NCBI GenBank assembly: GCA_016189905.1
Contig: JACPRP010000118.1
Span: forward strand, 11,478-75,477
Length of the DNA stretch: 64,000 nucleotides
Origin: Chloroflexota bacterium
GTDB taxonomy: Bacteria > Chloroflexota > UBA6077 > FW602-bin22 > JACPRP01
Direction of reading: 5' to 3'
The notes below the pieces were generated by a model. The model saw only the letters and a program-made list of their open reading frames with translations, did not search any database and was not told where the DNA came from. A program made the position numbers and the translations under genes. Within the stretch, counting starts at the first letter, position 1. Every line of letters starts with the position of its first letter. Below, piece by piece: positions 54,331-64,000 of this stretch.

Positions 54331-55940
54331 TTCTCGACAGTAGCCGATCACCAATTGCCAGGGCGTCCACGGTGCTGCTGCTCGCCGGATTGCTGCTCGC
54401 CGGGTCGGGCTGCGCCCAAATCCCTGGATTCGAGGCGCCGACGCCGACCCCGGTAGTACGGGCGGCTAAGCCGCCTGCCCGGCCGACGGCGGTCGTAAAA
54501 CGGGCGGCCATCCTGGAAACCATCAAGCTACTTGGCCGAGTGACGGCCGTGCAAGAAGCTGAGCTGTATTTCAACAATGCCGGGCGCCTGAAGAGCATAT
54601 CGGCCAGATCTGGACAGGATGTCGCGGCGGGCCAATTGCTGGCCGAGTTGGATACCGGCGATCTCGAAGCGCGCGTCGCCACGGCTCAGGTCAACTACGA
54701 GACGACAGTGTTGAAATTGGACCAGTTGAAGGCGAAACAGGGCGACGCGGAGCTAAGGCGCAGGCTTGACCTGGCTACGGCTGCTCTGGCCGTGCAGCAG
54801 GCGGAGGGGGCCCTTTCTAAGGCCGAGTCCGATCTCGTCGCCGTGAAGGCCGGCCTCACGCCGGTGGAGACGGCCGAAGCGGCGGTCAGGGACGCTCAGT
54901 TGGCTCTGGACAATGCCAAACGCAACTTCATCGCGGTGCAGAAAAGCCCGGTCGTTGCCCGAGACCCCCTCGACCGCGAAAACGAGCACAACTGGTACGA
55001 GGCGAACTACGGCCAGTACCTGGCCAAATACGAGCGCGGCGAGATCGGCAAGGATGAGCTGAATAGACACTGGGACACCCTGATGGCCGCTAAGGAAAGG
55101 CTCGACGCCGCGAGGGTGAACGCGGCTTCAGCAATTGCCGGGGCTGAAGCGCAGGTGTCGCAGGCCGAGGATAAGCTGAAAAGAACACGGGCGGATTTCG
55201 ATGCCAAGAAGGCTTTGCCCCCCGACTCGCACATCAAAGATGCGGAGCGAGTGGTGGCGAGCGCGAGGTTGGCGTTGGATAAGGTCCAGGCCGAATACAC
55301 CCTGAAGGAGGCTGGCGGGGGTGAAGACTACGAGATGGCGCTGCAAGCGAAAGCGGTCGACCAGGCGCGGACGTCGTTGGACGAGTTGCAGGCCCAGTTG
55401 CACGATTCTCGCTTGGTCGCGCCCTTCGCCGGCAAGGTGATGGTTGTCAGGGGCAGGATTGGCGAACAAATACCTGCCCTCCAGCCGATCTTCAGCATTG
55501 CCGATCCAGAGACGCTCCAGGTCCGCGGCGACCTCATCGAGACGGACCTGCCCAAGGTTGCCCTGGGTCAGGAAGCCTCCGTTCTTGTGGACGCTATGCA
55601 GGGGGCCACGCTCAGAGGGACCGTCGTCGGACTCCCAGGCAATTTCACCAGCCAGGGAAGCACGGTGCAAGACCGCTCGGTTCAGATCAAAGTAGATTGG
55701 CCGCCGCAGGGCGCGCAACTGGGAATGCTGGCTCGCGTTACCATCACCGTGCAGAAGAAAAACGACGTTCTCGTCGTGCCCGCCCGAGCCGTCAAGACCG
55801 TGGGCAAGCGTCGATTCGTCGAATATATGGAGGGCTCGACCCGTCGTTCATCAAACGTCGAGGTCGGCGTTGTCACCGAGACCGAGGCCGAGATCGTGAG
55901 CGGACTGACCGAAGGCCAGGTCATCCTGTCCGGGCAGTAG
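54327..55940 (+). CDS. Membrane fusion protein (HlyD/MacA-like) lipoprotein with a long coiled coil
   Basis: G.DVAAGQLLAELD, LVAPFAGKV, LGM..RVTI, VLVVP..AV, VEVG......EI.SGLTEG. Confidence 0.9.
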   Translation: MILDSSRSPIARASTVLLLAGLLLAGSGCAQIPGFEAPTPTPVVRAAKPPARPTAVVKRAAILETIKLLGRVTAVQEAELYFNNAGRLKSISARSGQDVAAGQLLAELDTGDLEARVATAQVNYETTVLKLDQLKAKQGDAELRRRLDLATAALAVQQAEGALSKAESDLVAVKAGLTPVETAEAAVRDAQLALDNAKRNFIAVQKSPVVARDPLDRENEHNWYEANYGQYLAKYERGEIGKDELNRHWDTLMAAKERLDAARVNAASAIAGAEAQVSQAEDKLKRTRADFDAKKALPPDSHIKDAERVVASARLALDKVQAEYTLKEAGGGEDYEMALQAKAVDQARTSLDELQAQLHDSRLVAPFAGKVMVVRGRIGEQIPALQPIFSIADPETLQVRGDLIETDLPKVALGQEASVLVDAMQGATLRGTVVGLPGNFTSQGSTVQDRSVQIKVDWPPQGAQLGMLARVTITVQKKNDVLVVPARAVKTVGKRRFVEYMEGSTRRSSNVEVGVVTETEAEIVSGLTEGQVILSGQ

Positions 55941-56107
55941 ACAACCCTGCCTGCAGCGACGGTACCCCTGATCCGGATGCGCAGTCGCGCAATTGCGGTG
56001 GCCACGTTCCACGAGCATCGCTCGTATGAGCTCAATTCGCCCCGGTTCTCTGCGAAGGCACGGACAGGGGCGATTGATTGGTGCGGACCTATGCGACTGA
56101 TCCGTGT

Positions 56108-56134
56108 GTAGGGGCGCGATGAATCGCGCCCGAC
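56108..56134. repeat. GTAG REP-like palindrome
   Basis: GTAGGGGCGCGATGAATCGCGCCC. Confidence 0.7.
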
Positions 56135-56339
56135 GGGCCAGTCCTTGTGCAAGCTGTGCAAGTCCATTGGCAAGAGCACTCTGGGTCAGAGGAGGAAGAA
56201 TCCCAGATGAGGCACGACACCATAGCCCACAATCGCCGCTGCATCCTGACAGCAATCGGCCACGCCAGCCTCGGGCCAGCTCGTGGGTAACCTTTTGGCT
56301 ACGCTGGCCACAACCAGGAGCAGTGGCCGTGAGCTCGTT

Positions 56340-59096
56340 ATGCCGGTGCTCGCCATCGTGGCAAAGAGATTTGCCAGCAATCGGCTTCTTACCCTGGTCG
56401 GGGCGATCGGCCTGATCATCGCCGTGACGCTCGTGACCGCCATCCCTCTGTACGCCAACGCAATAGCCACCCAGGCGCTGCGTCGTGACTTGTCCTCCGC
56501 TGAGAAAGATCTTTCCCGGCCGAAGGCGGCGATTCTGTTCAGCTACATCACCGGCCGGGCTACTACCACGCCGACCCGCGAGCAGTTTTTGAGCGCCGAT
56601 ACCTACCTGAGAGCCGTGGCGCCTGCGCTACCCGGCCTGTTGCCAGAAACCTTCGCGAAATACGTTCAGACCGACGCTTTTCCCCTGATCGTCGAGCGGA
56701 AACAGGGCGTTCGCGAGACCAGAGGCGATGTATTCTTCGCTTCGCTAGAGGATTTCCTGGCGCACGTGGACGTCGTCGAGGGCACGGCGCCAGATGATAA
56801 AGGTGAGCTTCAGGCGCTTATCAGCACCGAAGGCCTCGACGAGCTTGGGCTTGCAGTTGGCATGAACGTCGACGTCGTCCTCCCTCAAACCCGGGGTGCG
56901 CTGGCGCTACCAGTGCGGATCGTCGGGCGCTGGCAGCCGAAAGACGAAGCGGAGCGGTACTGGTTCAACCGCCCAGACTACTACAAGAACGCACTCTTTT
57001 TGAGAGAGGATGCCCTCTTTAGGGCCGTGCTGACTTCCTCGCCACGCGCCTTGAGAGAATACACCTGGTATTCTGCCTACGATCCATCCCACGCCACCGT
57101 CAGTGACGTCGAGCGCCTGCTGGGAGAGATGTCGCAGTTGCGCGTCGGCGCCCAACAGGCGCTGAGAGGGCTGAAAGTCGATTCCTCGCTGGACGACCTG
57201 CTTGACATCTATCGCCGCAAGGCGTTTTTCCTGCAAATACTGCTCTTCGTCACCGGAGCGCCGATCCTAGCGATCATACTACAGTTTGTGGCCTCTGCGG
57301 CAAGTATGCTGGTCGAGGGCCAGAAGGATGAGATCGCCACCCTCAAGAGCAGGGGGGCGACCACCAGGCACATCGTCGGCGTCTACCTGGCCGAATGGAC
57401 GCTGCTGGGAGGAATCGCCGTCGTCGTAGGCTTGCTGCTGGGGAGCGCGACGGCCCAGTTCATCGGCTTCAACACCGGGTTCCTGAGCTTCGGGGTACAG
57501 GGCCTTCTACCGGTGCAGGTAGGACCTGAAATTATCGCCTACGCCATCGCCGCGGCCGGGCTAGGAATGCTCGCCGCGTTCGTTCCTGCTCTGGAGACGG
57601 CGTGTCACTCGATCGTCACTTACAAGCAGGAGGTCGCGCGAAGCCTGCGCCCTGGAACCCTTCGCCGCTACTTCGTCGATCTGATCCCCGCTCCGCTTGC
57701 GGCTTACTCCTACTACATTCTGCTGCAGCGGCGATCTGTCCTGCCTGTTGGAGAAGCGGGCGACACTTTCTCAGACCCTCTGTTGCTGCTGGCGCCGGTG
57801 CTCTTCATCTTCGCGGCTGCCATGCTTTTTTTGCGGCTTTTCCCTCTCCTGGTCACCATGGCCGAGCGCCTGCTTAGCGCCTTCGTCGGCATCACTATTC
57901 TTATGGCGCTCCGGCAGATCTCTCGGCAGCCACAGCAATATCGTGGTCTGCTGTTGCTGTTGACCCTGACCGTCGCTCTCGGTGGATTCAGCGCGTCGAT
58001 GGCGGGAACTCTCGATCGCAACTATGCCGACACAGCGGCTTATCGTGTGGGAGCCGACTTGCGGCTAGGCGAAACGGGAGCTTATGACGACGACAGTCAG
58101 GAATGGACGCTTGTCCCCGTCGGTGAGCACCTCAACGTCCCGGAGATAGAGGCGCCCGCTAGGGTTCTTCGCGCCACCGCGACGGAGAAGATCGGTCCCC
58201 GGGGAGGCGAGGTGACGGTCTTGGGCCTCGATCCAGGCGAATTCGGCGCCGTCGTCTACTGGCGGCCAGACTACGCGAGCCTCTCGCTCGGCGAGCTACT
58301 TGGCCAACTCGCGAACGATGAGACCGCGGCCCTCGTGGATCGTCGTCTGGCCGAGGCCTATCGTCTGCAGATAGGCGATCAAATCGGCGTCGGCTTCAAG
58401 GATCAGACCGTCGAATTCACCGTCGCCGGCGTTTTGGATTACTTCCCGACGCTCTATCCGAGGGCTGGCAGGTTCCTGGTCGCCAACGTCGATTACCTTT
58501 TCACGCAGATCGGCTCGCAGCCGTATGACGTCTGGGTGAAGCTGCGTCCAGGCACGAGCGGCGTCTCCGTGGTCAACAAGTTGATAGAGCGCGACGTGCC
58601 AGTCGTACGCTTCGAAGAGCTGCGACATGTCCTGGCCGATAGGCGATTGGATAGCACTCGCCTCGCTGTGTTCGGCATCCTCTCTGTCGGCTTCCTCATC
58701 GCGGCCTTGCTAACCGTGCTGGGTGTGCTGCTCTACTCGTATCTTTCTTTTCGGCGGCAACTGCAACAGATGGGGATTCTGCGTGCGATTGGGCTGTCGC
58801 TACGCCAGCTCACGGCGATGTATCTCATAGAACAGAGCCTGCTGCTGGCGGTTGGCGTTGGCGCAGGGACGCTCGTTGGCTATGTGACCTCGCTGACCTT
58901 CATTCCGTTCCTCCAGGTTAACGCTGAGCAAAACGCCGACGTGCCGCCCTTCCTGGTGGCGGTTGCGTGGCAGGACCTGGCCAGGCTCTATGTCGTTCTG
59001 ATCGTGTTTCTTGCCCTGGCCTTGCCTTTCAGCCTCACCCTCTTGAGGCGCATGCGCATCTACGATGCCATCAAGCTTGGCGAGGAGCGTGGGTGA
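56340..59096 (+). CDS. Double FtsX-like (MacB-type) ABC permease
   Basis: EIATLKSRGA and GILRAIGLS FtsX motifs; two large extracytoplasmic domains; VGADLRL. Confidence 0.9.
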   Translation: MPVLAIVAKRFASNRLLTLVGAIGLIIAVTLVTAIPLYANAIATQALRRDLSSAEKDLSRPKAAILFSYITGRATTTPTREQFLSADTYLRAVAPALPGLLPETFAKYVQTDAFPLIVERKQGVRETRGDVFFASLEDFLAHVDVVEGTAPDDKGELQALISTEGLDELGLAVGMNVDVVLPQTRGALALPVRIVGRWQPKDEAERYWFNRPDYYKNALFLREDALFRAVLTSSPRALREYTWYSAYDPSHATVSDVERLLGEMSQLRVGAQQALRGLKVDSSLDDLLDIYRRKAFFLQILLFVTGAPILAIILQFVASAASMLVEGQKDEIATLKSRGATTRHIVGVYLAEWTLLGGIAVVVGLLLGSATAQFIGFNTGFLSFGVQGLLPVQVGPEIIAYAIAAAGLGMLAAFVPALETACHSIVTYKQEVARSLRPGTLRRYFVDLIPAPLAAYSYYILLQRRSVLPVGEAGDTFSDPLLLLAPVLFIFAAAMLFLRLFPLLVTMAERLLSAFVGITILMALRQISRQPQQYRGLLLLLTLTVALGGFSASMAGTLDRNYADTAAYRVGADLRLGETGAYDDDSQEWTLVPVGEHLNVPEIEAPARVLRATATEKIGPRGGEVTVLGLDPGEFGAVVYWRPDYASLSLGELLGQLANDETAALVDRRLAEAYRLQIGDQIGVGFKDQTVEFTVAGVLDYFPTLYPRAGRFLVANVDYLFTQIGSQPYDVWVKLRPGTSGVSVVNKLIERDVPVVRFEELRHVLADRRLDSTRLAVFGILSVGFLIAALLTVLGVLLYSYLSFRRQLQQMGILRAIGLSLRQLTAMYLIEQSLLLAVGVGAGTLVGYVTSLTFIPFLQVNAEQNADVPPFLVAVAWQDLARLYVVLIVFLALALPFSLTLLRRMRIYDAIKLGEERG

Positions 59097-60097
59097 TGTT
59101 CAGACGATGGAAGTGGCCGTTAGCAATACAGCGGGTCAAGTCCATATCCGGCAGGGCAGATCGGCAACAGGTGCGAGATGATTGGGAGGGGACGGACCAG
59201 ACTGGCGCCGGTGCGTTCGCCGTCTGCCAGGGGCTCGTCAAGATCTACAAAGTGGCTGATCTGGAAACGGTTGCGCTGCAAGGTCTCGACCTGGAGGTGC
59301 GAAGGGGTGAGATACTGGGGGTGATCGGGAACAGTGGCAGCGGCAAGTCGACGCTGTTGAACATCCTCGGCGGGCTCGATCTCCCATCGGCGGGACGGGT
59401 CTTCGTGGGGGGCCAGGACCTGCTCGAGTTGTCCGACGCCGGCCTGTCGCGCTACCGGCGTGAGAAAGTCGGGTTCGTCTGGCAGCAGAGCAGCCGAAAC
59501 CTTATTCCATATCTGACGGCGCTCGAAAACGTGCAGTTGCCGATGATGCTTATGGGGAAGCCTCTAGGCTCGCGAACAGCCCGGGCCAGAGAGCTTCTGG
59601 CCTCAGTTGGCCTGGAATGGCGAATGAGTCACCGCCAATCCCAGCTTTCTGGCGGCGAGCAGCAGCGAGTAGCGATTGCCGTGGCTATGGCCAATGCGCC
59701 CGAGATATTGCTTGCCGACGAGCCAACCGGCGAGGTCGATACGGATGCCGCCATCGCCATCTACGGTGTGTTCCATAAGATCAGCCGTGCCTACGGGACG
59801 ACGGTGATCATCGTGAGCCACGATAGGACGATCGGCAGTTTCGTCGACCGGGTAGTTGCGGTTCGCGATGGGAAAGTGAGCACGGAGGCGACTCGTCGCG
59901 AGCGCGAGTCCGACGATGAGCTAGCCACAGGCGAAATGGAGGAGTTGGTCGTATTGGACTCGGCAGGGCGGCTGCAAATCCCCCGTGAATTGATCGAGCG
60001 CTTCGGGCTGAAAGGTAGGGTAAGGGTGGAAGCCGGCGATGGGCACATTGCCATAGTCCCCGTCGAGGCTGCCGACAGGAAGGGGCAACCGAAATGA
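59096..60097 (+). CDS. LolD-like ABC ATPase with a C-terminal AbrB/MraZ-like domain
   Basis: [23 protein letters not shown]; tail [29 protein letters not shown]. Confidence 0.9.
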   Translation: MFRRWKWPLAIQRVKSISGRADRQQVRDDWEGTDQTGAGAFAVCQGLVKIYKVADLETVALQGLDLEVRRGEILGVIGNSGSGKSTLLNILGGLDLPSAGRVFVGGQDLLELSDAGLSRYRREKVGFVWQQSSRNLIPYLTALENVQLPMMLMGKPLGSRTARARELLASVGLEWRMSHRQSQLSGGEQQRVAIAVAMANAPEILLADEPTGEVDTDAAIAIYGVFHKISRAYGTTVIIVSHDRTIGSFVDRVVAVRDGKVSTEATRRERESDDELATGEMEELVVLDSAGRLQIPRELIERFGLKGRVRVEAGDGHIAIVPVEAADRKGQPK

Positions 60098-60792
60098 TCG
60101 GGACGGTGCTGGAAGCGCGCGGTGTCGAGCGCATCTATGGCAGCGGGTCGACCGCGGTGCGTGCGTTGCGGGGAGTTGACCTTGTCGTTGAGGCGGGCAA
60201 GCTCGTGGTGCTGCGCGGCCGCTCTGGCTCGGGGAAGACGACGCTGCTTAACATAATTGGCGGACTCGACCAGCCGGACCGCGGAGAGGTGATCTTCGAG
60301 GGCCGGAACATCACAACTTTGTCTGACCGTGAGCTGACGGCAATCCGTCGCCGCCGTCTAGGATTCGTATTTCAGGCGTTCTCCTTGCTGCCGACGTTCT
60401 CGGCAACAGAAAACGTCGACCTGGCGCTGCGCCTCGGTGGAATGGGGCCGCGCAACCGCGCGCGCAAGACGCGTGATCTGCTCGATCTGGTTGGCCTCGC
60501 GGATAAGGCCAGGCATCGACCTTTCGAGTTGTCGGGGGGCGAGCAGCAACGCGTCAGCATTGCCCGTGCCCTGGCCAATTCTCCGGCCGTGATCCTGGCT
60601 GACGAGCCAACCGGCGATCTCGACAGTGGCACCGGCCGGGGAATCGTTCGCCTCTTCAAGAGGCTTGTCGTCGTGCACGGGGTAACGATCGTAGTCTCCA
60701 CTCACGATCCGATGATCTCTGACTTCGCGGATGTCACCTACCACATCGTCGACGGCAAGCTGGTGGAAGCCACTACCGCCGGCCCGCTTTAA
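60094..60792 (+). CDS. LolD-like ABC ATPase
   Basis: [30 protein letters not shown]. Confidence 0.94.
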   Translation: MIGTVLEARGVERIYGSGSTAVRALRGVDLVVEAGKLVVLRGRSGSGKTTLLNIIGGLDQPDRGEVIFEGRNITTLSDRELTAIRRRRLGFVFQAFSLLPTFSATENVDLALRLGGMGPRNRARKTRDLLDLVGLADKARHRPFELSGGEQQRVSIARALANSPAVILADEPTGDLDSGTGRGIVRLFKRLVVVHGVTIVVSTHDPMISDFADVTYHIVDGKLVEATTAGPL

Positions 60793-60805
60793 TCGGCGCC
60801 AAATC

Positions 60806-60848
60806 TTCACATGCTGTTCACAAGTTATTCACATCTGTCCCATATAAT
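60806..60848 (+). promoter_or_regulatory. OmpR-family-type direct-repeat operator plus -10
   Basis: TTCACA three times at an exact 11-bp period (60806, 60817, 60828), then TATAAT at 60843. Confidence 0.7.
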
Positions 60849-60886
60849 CTGACCATCAGCCAATAAATGAAAGGGGGATTCACACG

Positions 60887-61510
60887 GTGAGAAGAAAGCT
60901 GATGCTGCTTGCCAGCGCGGTCACGGTCGCCGTAATTCTGTCTGTTGGCCTGGTCGGCACGGTTGGTGCAGAGGAGCAACCCTCGTGGTGGGATGACATG
61001 TGGAATTGGTGCCACGGTGGTGGCTCGGGAGCCGGAGCAGGGGTAACGCTCGATCGAGGCACGCTCAACGGCGTGGCCAAAGTTCTCGGGATGGACGCGC
61101 AGGAGATCGCCAGCCAGTTGGGCTCAGGGAAGAGTGTCTTTGACATCGCGGCCGCAAAGGGCGCAAAGGAAAAGATTGTCGATGGCGTACTGGCCCCATA
61201 CAAAGATACGCTGGCCATCCAGGTCAAGTATGGCTACATCACACAGGGAGACGCCGACAATCTGTTGACGCAGCGACAGGAATGGCTCAACAAAGTGTTT
61301 GCGCAAACGGGCAGTGCTCAAACGAACGGCGGCGCTTCGCGCGGCTTCGGTAGCATGATGGATAGCTTCGGCGGCATAATGGGTGGCTTCGGCGGCATGA
61401 TGGGCGGTTTTGGTGGTATGATGGGTGGCTCCGGCGGTATGATGGGCGGCTCCGCCGGCACAAACGGTGGCCCAGGTGGTATGATGGGCGGCTGGGGCAG
61501 GACCTACTAA
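60887..61510 (+). CDS. Secreted protein with a Gly/Met-rich tail
   Basis: Signal peptide; VAK.LGM..E...L..GKS..DIA..KG helical domain; GGMMGG repeats with a 21-bp period. Confidence 0.8.
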   Translation: MRRKLMLLASAVTVAVILSVGLVGTVGAEEQPSWWDDMWNWCHGGGSGAGAGVTLDRGTLNGVAKVLGMDAQEIASQLGSGKSVFDIAAAKGAKEKIVDGVLAPYKDTLAIQVKYGYITQGDADNLLTQRQEWLNKVFAQTGSAQTNGGASRGFGSMMDSFGGIMGGFGGMMGGFGGMMGGSGGMMGGSAGTNGGPGGMMGGWGRTY

Positions 61511-61545
61511 CAGCGTCGTCCATCACTCCAGTTACAGATCAAGCC

Positions 61546-61587
61546 AGGGTTGGGTGAATCGATGATGCATTCACCCAACCCTTTTTT
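61546..61587 (+). terminator. Rho-independent terminator
   Basis: AGGGTTGGGTGAAT-loop-ATTCACCCAACCCT followed by a T run. Confidence 0.85.
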
Positions 61588-61597
61588 GCTCTGATAT

Positions 61598-63055
61598 TCA
61601 CTCTGCCGACCCTTCCTGTGTATCTTCCTCTGTATCTTCCACGTCAAACGAACAGACGAAAGCTCCCTGGTCGCCACTGCTCGTGTCCGGTTGAACTGGT
61701 CCTGAAGGCGGCATCACCTGTATGGTAGCCGTGGCCTCACCTTTGCTCTTGTCTCCGACCAGCCCGAAGCTCAATTTACCGGACTGTGCGTTCGCCGGTA
61801 TCGTATAGGTAACACTGCCCCCGGCCAGCGCTCCCTTGTCGTCCGTCTTGGCACAAGCTACCTGCTTTCCGGGATTATCGCGCGTCCTTCCGATGTACAC
61901 CCTAACTATCTCATTGCGCGCGAAGCCGGCCCCATAGAATGTCAGCGAAGTGCCCGGTTGTCCCCCATAGGTGCTGGGCTCGGCGAATGGCGTGTACGGC
62001 AGGACGTCGAAGCTCGTGGTTACTGCCGACTGTGTCTCCTCGCCGATGAAGATCAGTAAATTCTTACCCGTCAGCTCAAACGGAATAACGAATCCGCCCG
62101 TGCTCGTAAACGACCCCTGATCGTCAGTCTGGATGACTGCTATCGGCGTTGAGCTCGGACTGTTCAGGTAAACCAGGACCCTTTCGCCAGGGCCAAAGTC
62201 ATTTCCCGAGAAGCTGATCAGGGTGTCAGCTTTGGCCGCGTATTCACTGATACCTGCCGTGGGATAGAAAGTTAACATAAAGAACTGCACCGTGACCGGC
62301 GACTGGCTATCCTCACCGACGAAGATGAACGAGTTGTCGCCGGAGGGGCCGAATGGGACCTTGATCGACATGCGGCCAAGTCCTCCCGAGCCGTCTGCCT
62401 TCAAGGTCGCGATTGGATCTGCCGCCAGGCTATTGAAATACACGAACACATTCTCGTTGGGGGCAAACCCTTTGCCCGACACCGTCGTGGTATCTCCTGC
62501 CTTGCCGACTTGTGTGCCAAGCTTCACCGAGACACTGCTGCCGGTGATTCGGCCCTTCGCCGAGGCCTTGAATTTACCGTCGTGCTGTTGCGCCACGATG
62601 GTGAACGTGTCGCTGGTGAGGTCTTCAGGAATCCTGAAGCTGAATCCGCCAAAGCCTCCACCCTTGTCAACCTGGGCGAACCCCAAAGATTCGAGCTGGG
62701 CGCCCTCTCTTACCTGAAGATAGATATCGACGGTTGCCCCTGCGTCGAATCCGACGCCGCTAACGCCAATATTCGAGCCCCGTGTACCTGTGGCCGGGTT
62801 CAGCAATATAATGGCTCCAGGGCTGGCCAACTGATCGGGCGTCAAGGGCTCCGCTATCTCGGTCGGACTCTTATTCGGGGTTGGCTTCGCCGATGGCTTT
62901 GTGGTGGCATCTGGTGTTTGAGCCGGTAACGTCGTAATCTCTACCGGACCGGCGGGTTGCTCAGCACCGGAACTGTTGAACACGCTGTTCATCAGGAACA
63001 GCCCGCCGATCACGAGTACAGCGGCAATGACAATGTTCCTTCTACTTATGATCAT
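61598..63055 (-). CDS. Membrane-anchored surface protein with four Ig-like repeats
   Basis: N-terminal TM segment, Pro/Thr linker, four units G.GF...E.V.VY...D..G...IP....G. Confidence 0.75.
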   Translation of the reverse strand: MIISRRNIVIAAVLVIGGLFLMNSVFNSSGAEQPAGPVEITTLPAQTPDATTKPSAKPTPNKSPTEIAEPLTPDQLASPGAIILLNPATGTRGSNIGVSGVGFDAGATVDIYLQVREGAQLESLGFAQVDKGGGFGGFSFRIPEDLTSDTFTIVAQQHDGKFKASAKGRITGSSVSVKLGTQVGKAGDTTTVSGKGFAPNENVFVYFNSLAADPIATLKADGSGGLGRMSIKVPFGPSGDNSFIFVGEDSQSPVTVQFFMLTFYPTAGISEYAAKADTLISFSGNDFGPGERVLVYLNSPSSTPIAVIQTDDQGSFTSTGGFVIPFELTGKNLLIFIGEETQSAVTTSFDVLPYTPFAEPSTYGGQPGTSLTFYGAGFARNEIVRVYIGRTRDNPGKQVACAKTDDKGALAGGSVTYTIPANAQSGKLSFGLVGDKSKGEATATIQVMPPSGPVQPDTSSGDQGAFVCSFDVEDTEEDTQEGSAE

Positions 63056-63077
63056 AATGAGATCCCCTCCACATCCA

Positions 63078-63998
63078 CTATTTGTTCACCTGCATAATCT
63101 GCAGCAACACATCACCTTTCTGGAACTGTGCTATTAGCCGCGAATTCCTGATCGCCGTAAGGATGAAATCCTGTGTATTCTCTCGCTGCAGAGTTTCGAC
63201 AAGGTCGTCGGATAGCACCATGTAGTCCAGCCTGCGCCAATCGTTTCCGAGCAGCCTGTTCCTGATGTCCGGGTCTCCTTGTATCTTCCAGTGTGAGTGG
63301 GCATTCGGAAACACCGGCGTCGTCCGGTTCACGGGCTCGTGCAAGTCAACCCAAAGGTCGTCGTCAATGGACAATACAGCCGAAGGTGGTACGTTCTCGC
63401 GAATCCATTGCAATTGTGCGACCTGCACCTGAGTGATGTTTAAGGTGTAGTGGTCGCGTGCCGTGTATATGAAAACGCCAGAGAGCGCGATCACCACGAT
63501 GACGAACAGTGGCGTTGTCACCGTCTTGGGCATTCCATCGATGATGCGGCCAGCCAGTAACCCGATGTTCAGTGCGAAGAAGGGCAGCATAGGCGTCAGG
63601 TAAAACTCGAGCATTACACTGCCACGAATTATGTAAAAGCCGTAGCTCAGCGCCAGGAGCGCCGCGTATAGCGCGCCCTGATGGCGCTGCCTGGCAGACA
63701 GGCCAGCGCGCAGATTGACGAAAATTGCAAGAAGGCCGGCCCCGATAATGAAGGCATCGCGAGGCCACCAGCGCAAATTGAAGAATACCCAGAACTGGCT
63801 GTCGAGATCCAGTATGCTCGAGTTGCGGCGCGTCAGTTGCCATAGCCACGTTTGAATCAGAGAGACGTGCTCTCCAGGAGTGCCAGTGAGGATAAACGAT
63901 GTTCCGGCTGGCAATAGCTCCTGCTTCAACAATGCATAGAGCGGGTACATCGAGAGCAGCGCGCTCCACGTGAACAACCAGCTCGTCAGCGCGAAGCG
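63078..63998 (-). CDS. GT-C (ArnT/PMT, family 39-like) glycosyltransferase, 3' part only
   Basis: Multiple TM segments, FYL.P.LPF.AL, QWIRENVP..A; frame is open to the window edge. Confidence 0.65.
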   Translation of the reverse strand, partial: RFALTSWLFTWSALLSMYPLYALLKQELLPAGTSFILTGTPGEHVSLIQTWLWQLTRRNSSILDLDSQFWVFFNLRWWPRDAFIIGAGLLAIFVNLRAGLSARQRHQGALYAALLALSYGFYIIRGSVMLEFYLTPMLPFFALNIGLLAGRIIDGMPKTVTTPLFVIVVIALSGVFIYTARDHYTLNITQVQVAQLQWIRENVPPSAVLSIDDDLWVDLHEPVNRTTPVFPNAHSHWKIQGDPDIRNRLLGNDWRRLDYMVLSDDLVETLQRENTQDFILTAIRNSRLIAQFQKGDVLLQIMQVNK

Positions 63999-64000
63999 AA

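Noticed and set aside
1-64000. tRNA, rRNA, transposase, integrase or prophage genes
   Set aside because: I recognised no such signatures by eye; tRNAscan-SE and Infernal would be needed to exclude small RNAs.

Overview
64 kb of GC-rich bacterial chromosome, most likely Chloroflexota (inferred from the conserved hypotheticals, lipoprotein styles, a C-terminal YLP/YFP-type motif and the repeat families). I found no rRNA, tRNA, CRISPR array, transposase or prophage gene. From left to right it holds: recJ; a DUF59 / 12-TM / DUF1858-DUF2249 operon under a class II CRP/FNR-like promoter; a queuosine-precursor transporter; a NarL-type two-component system with a DoxX target; nitroreductase and MFS genes; dprA; an unannotated 35-aa membrane protein next to a three-hairpin element; a polX plus ATP-dependent ligase operon divergent from an atypical GAPDH; MoxR/VWA; NDH-2; a ~16 kb catabolic island (26.5-42.4 kb); CDC48 and a MalT-like regulator; two glycoside hydrolases; an SBP-MFP-FtsX-double-ATPase transporter; and cell-surface genes. 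The island contains three binding-protein/cupin pairs with no permease, GlcD- and GlcF-like proteins, a QueG-like B12/Fe-S protein, an SdhA-like flavoprotein with an altered active site, MmsA and an AMDase-like enzyme. The best novelty candidates are: (1) five sigma54-type -24/-12 promoters, including a back-to-back pair driving polX-lig and gap; (2) three tandem hairpins with different stems but a conserved 14-nt loop at 13059-13163; (3) the repeated binding-protein/cupin modules and the unassigned redox operon; (4) an apparent ATT start codon for polX. All product calls come from motif recognition by eye; no database search was run.
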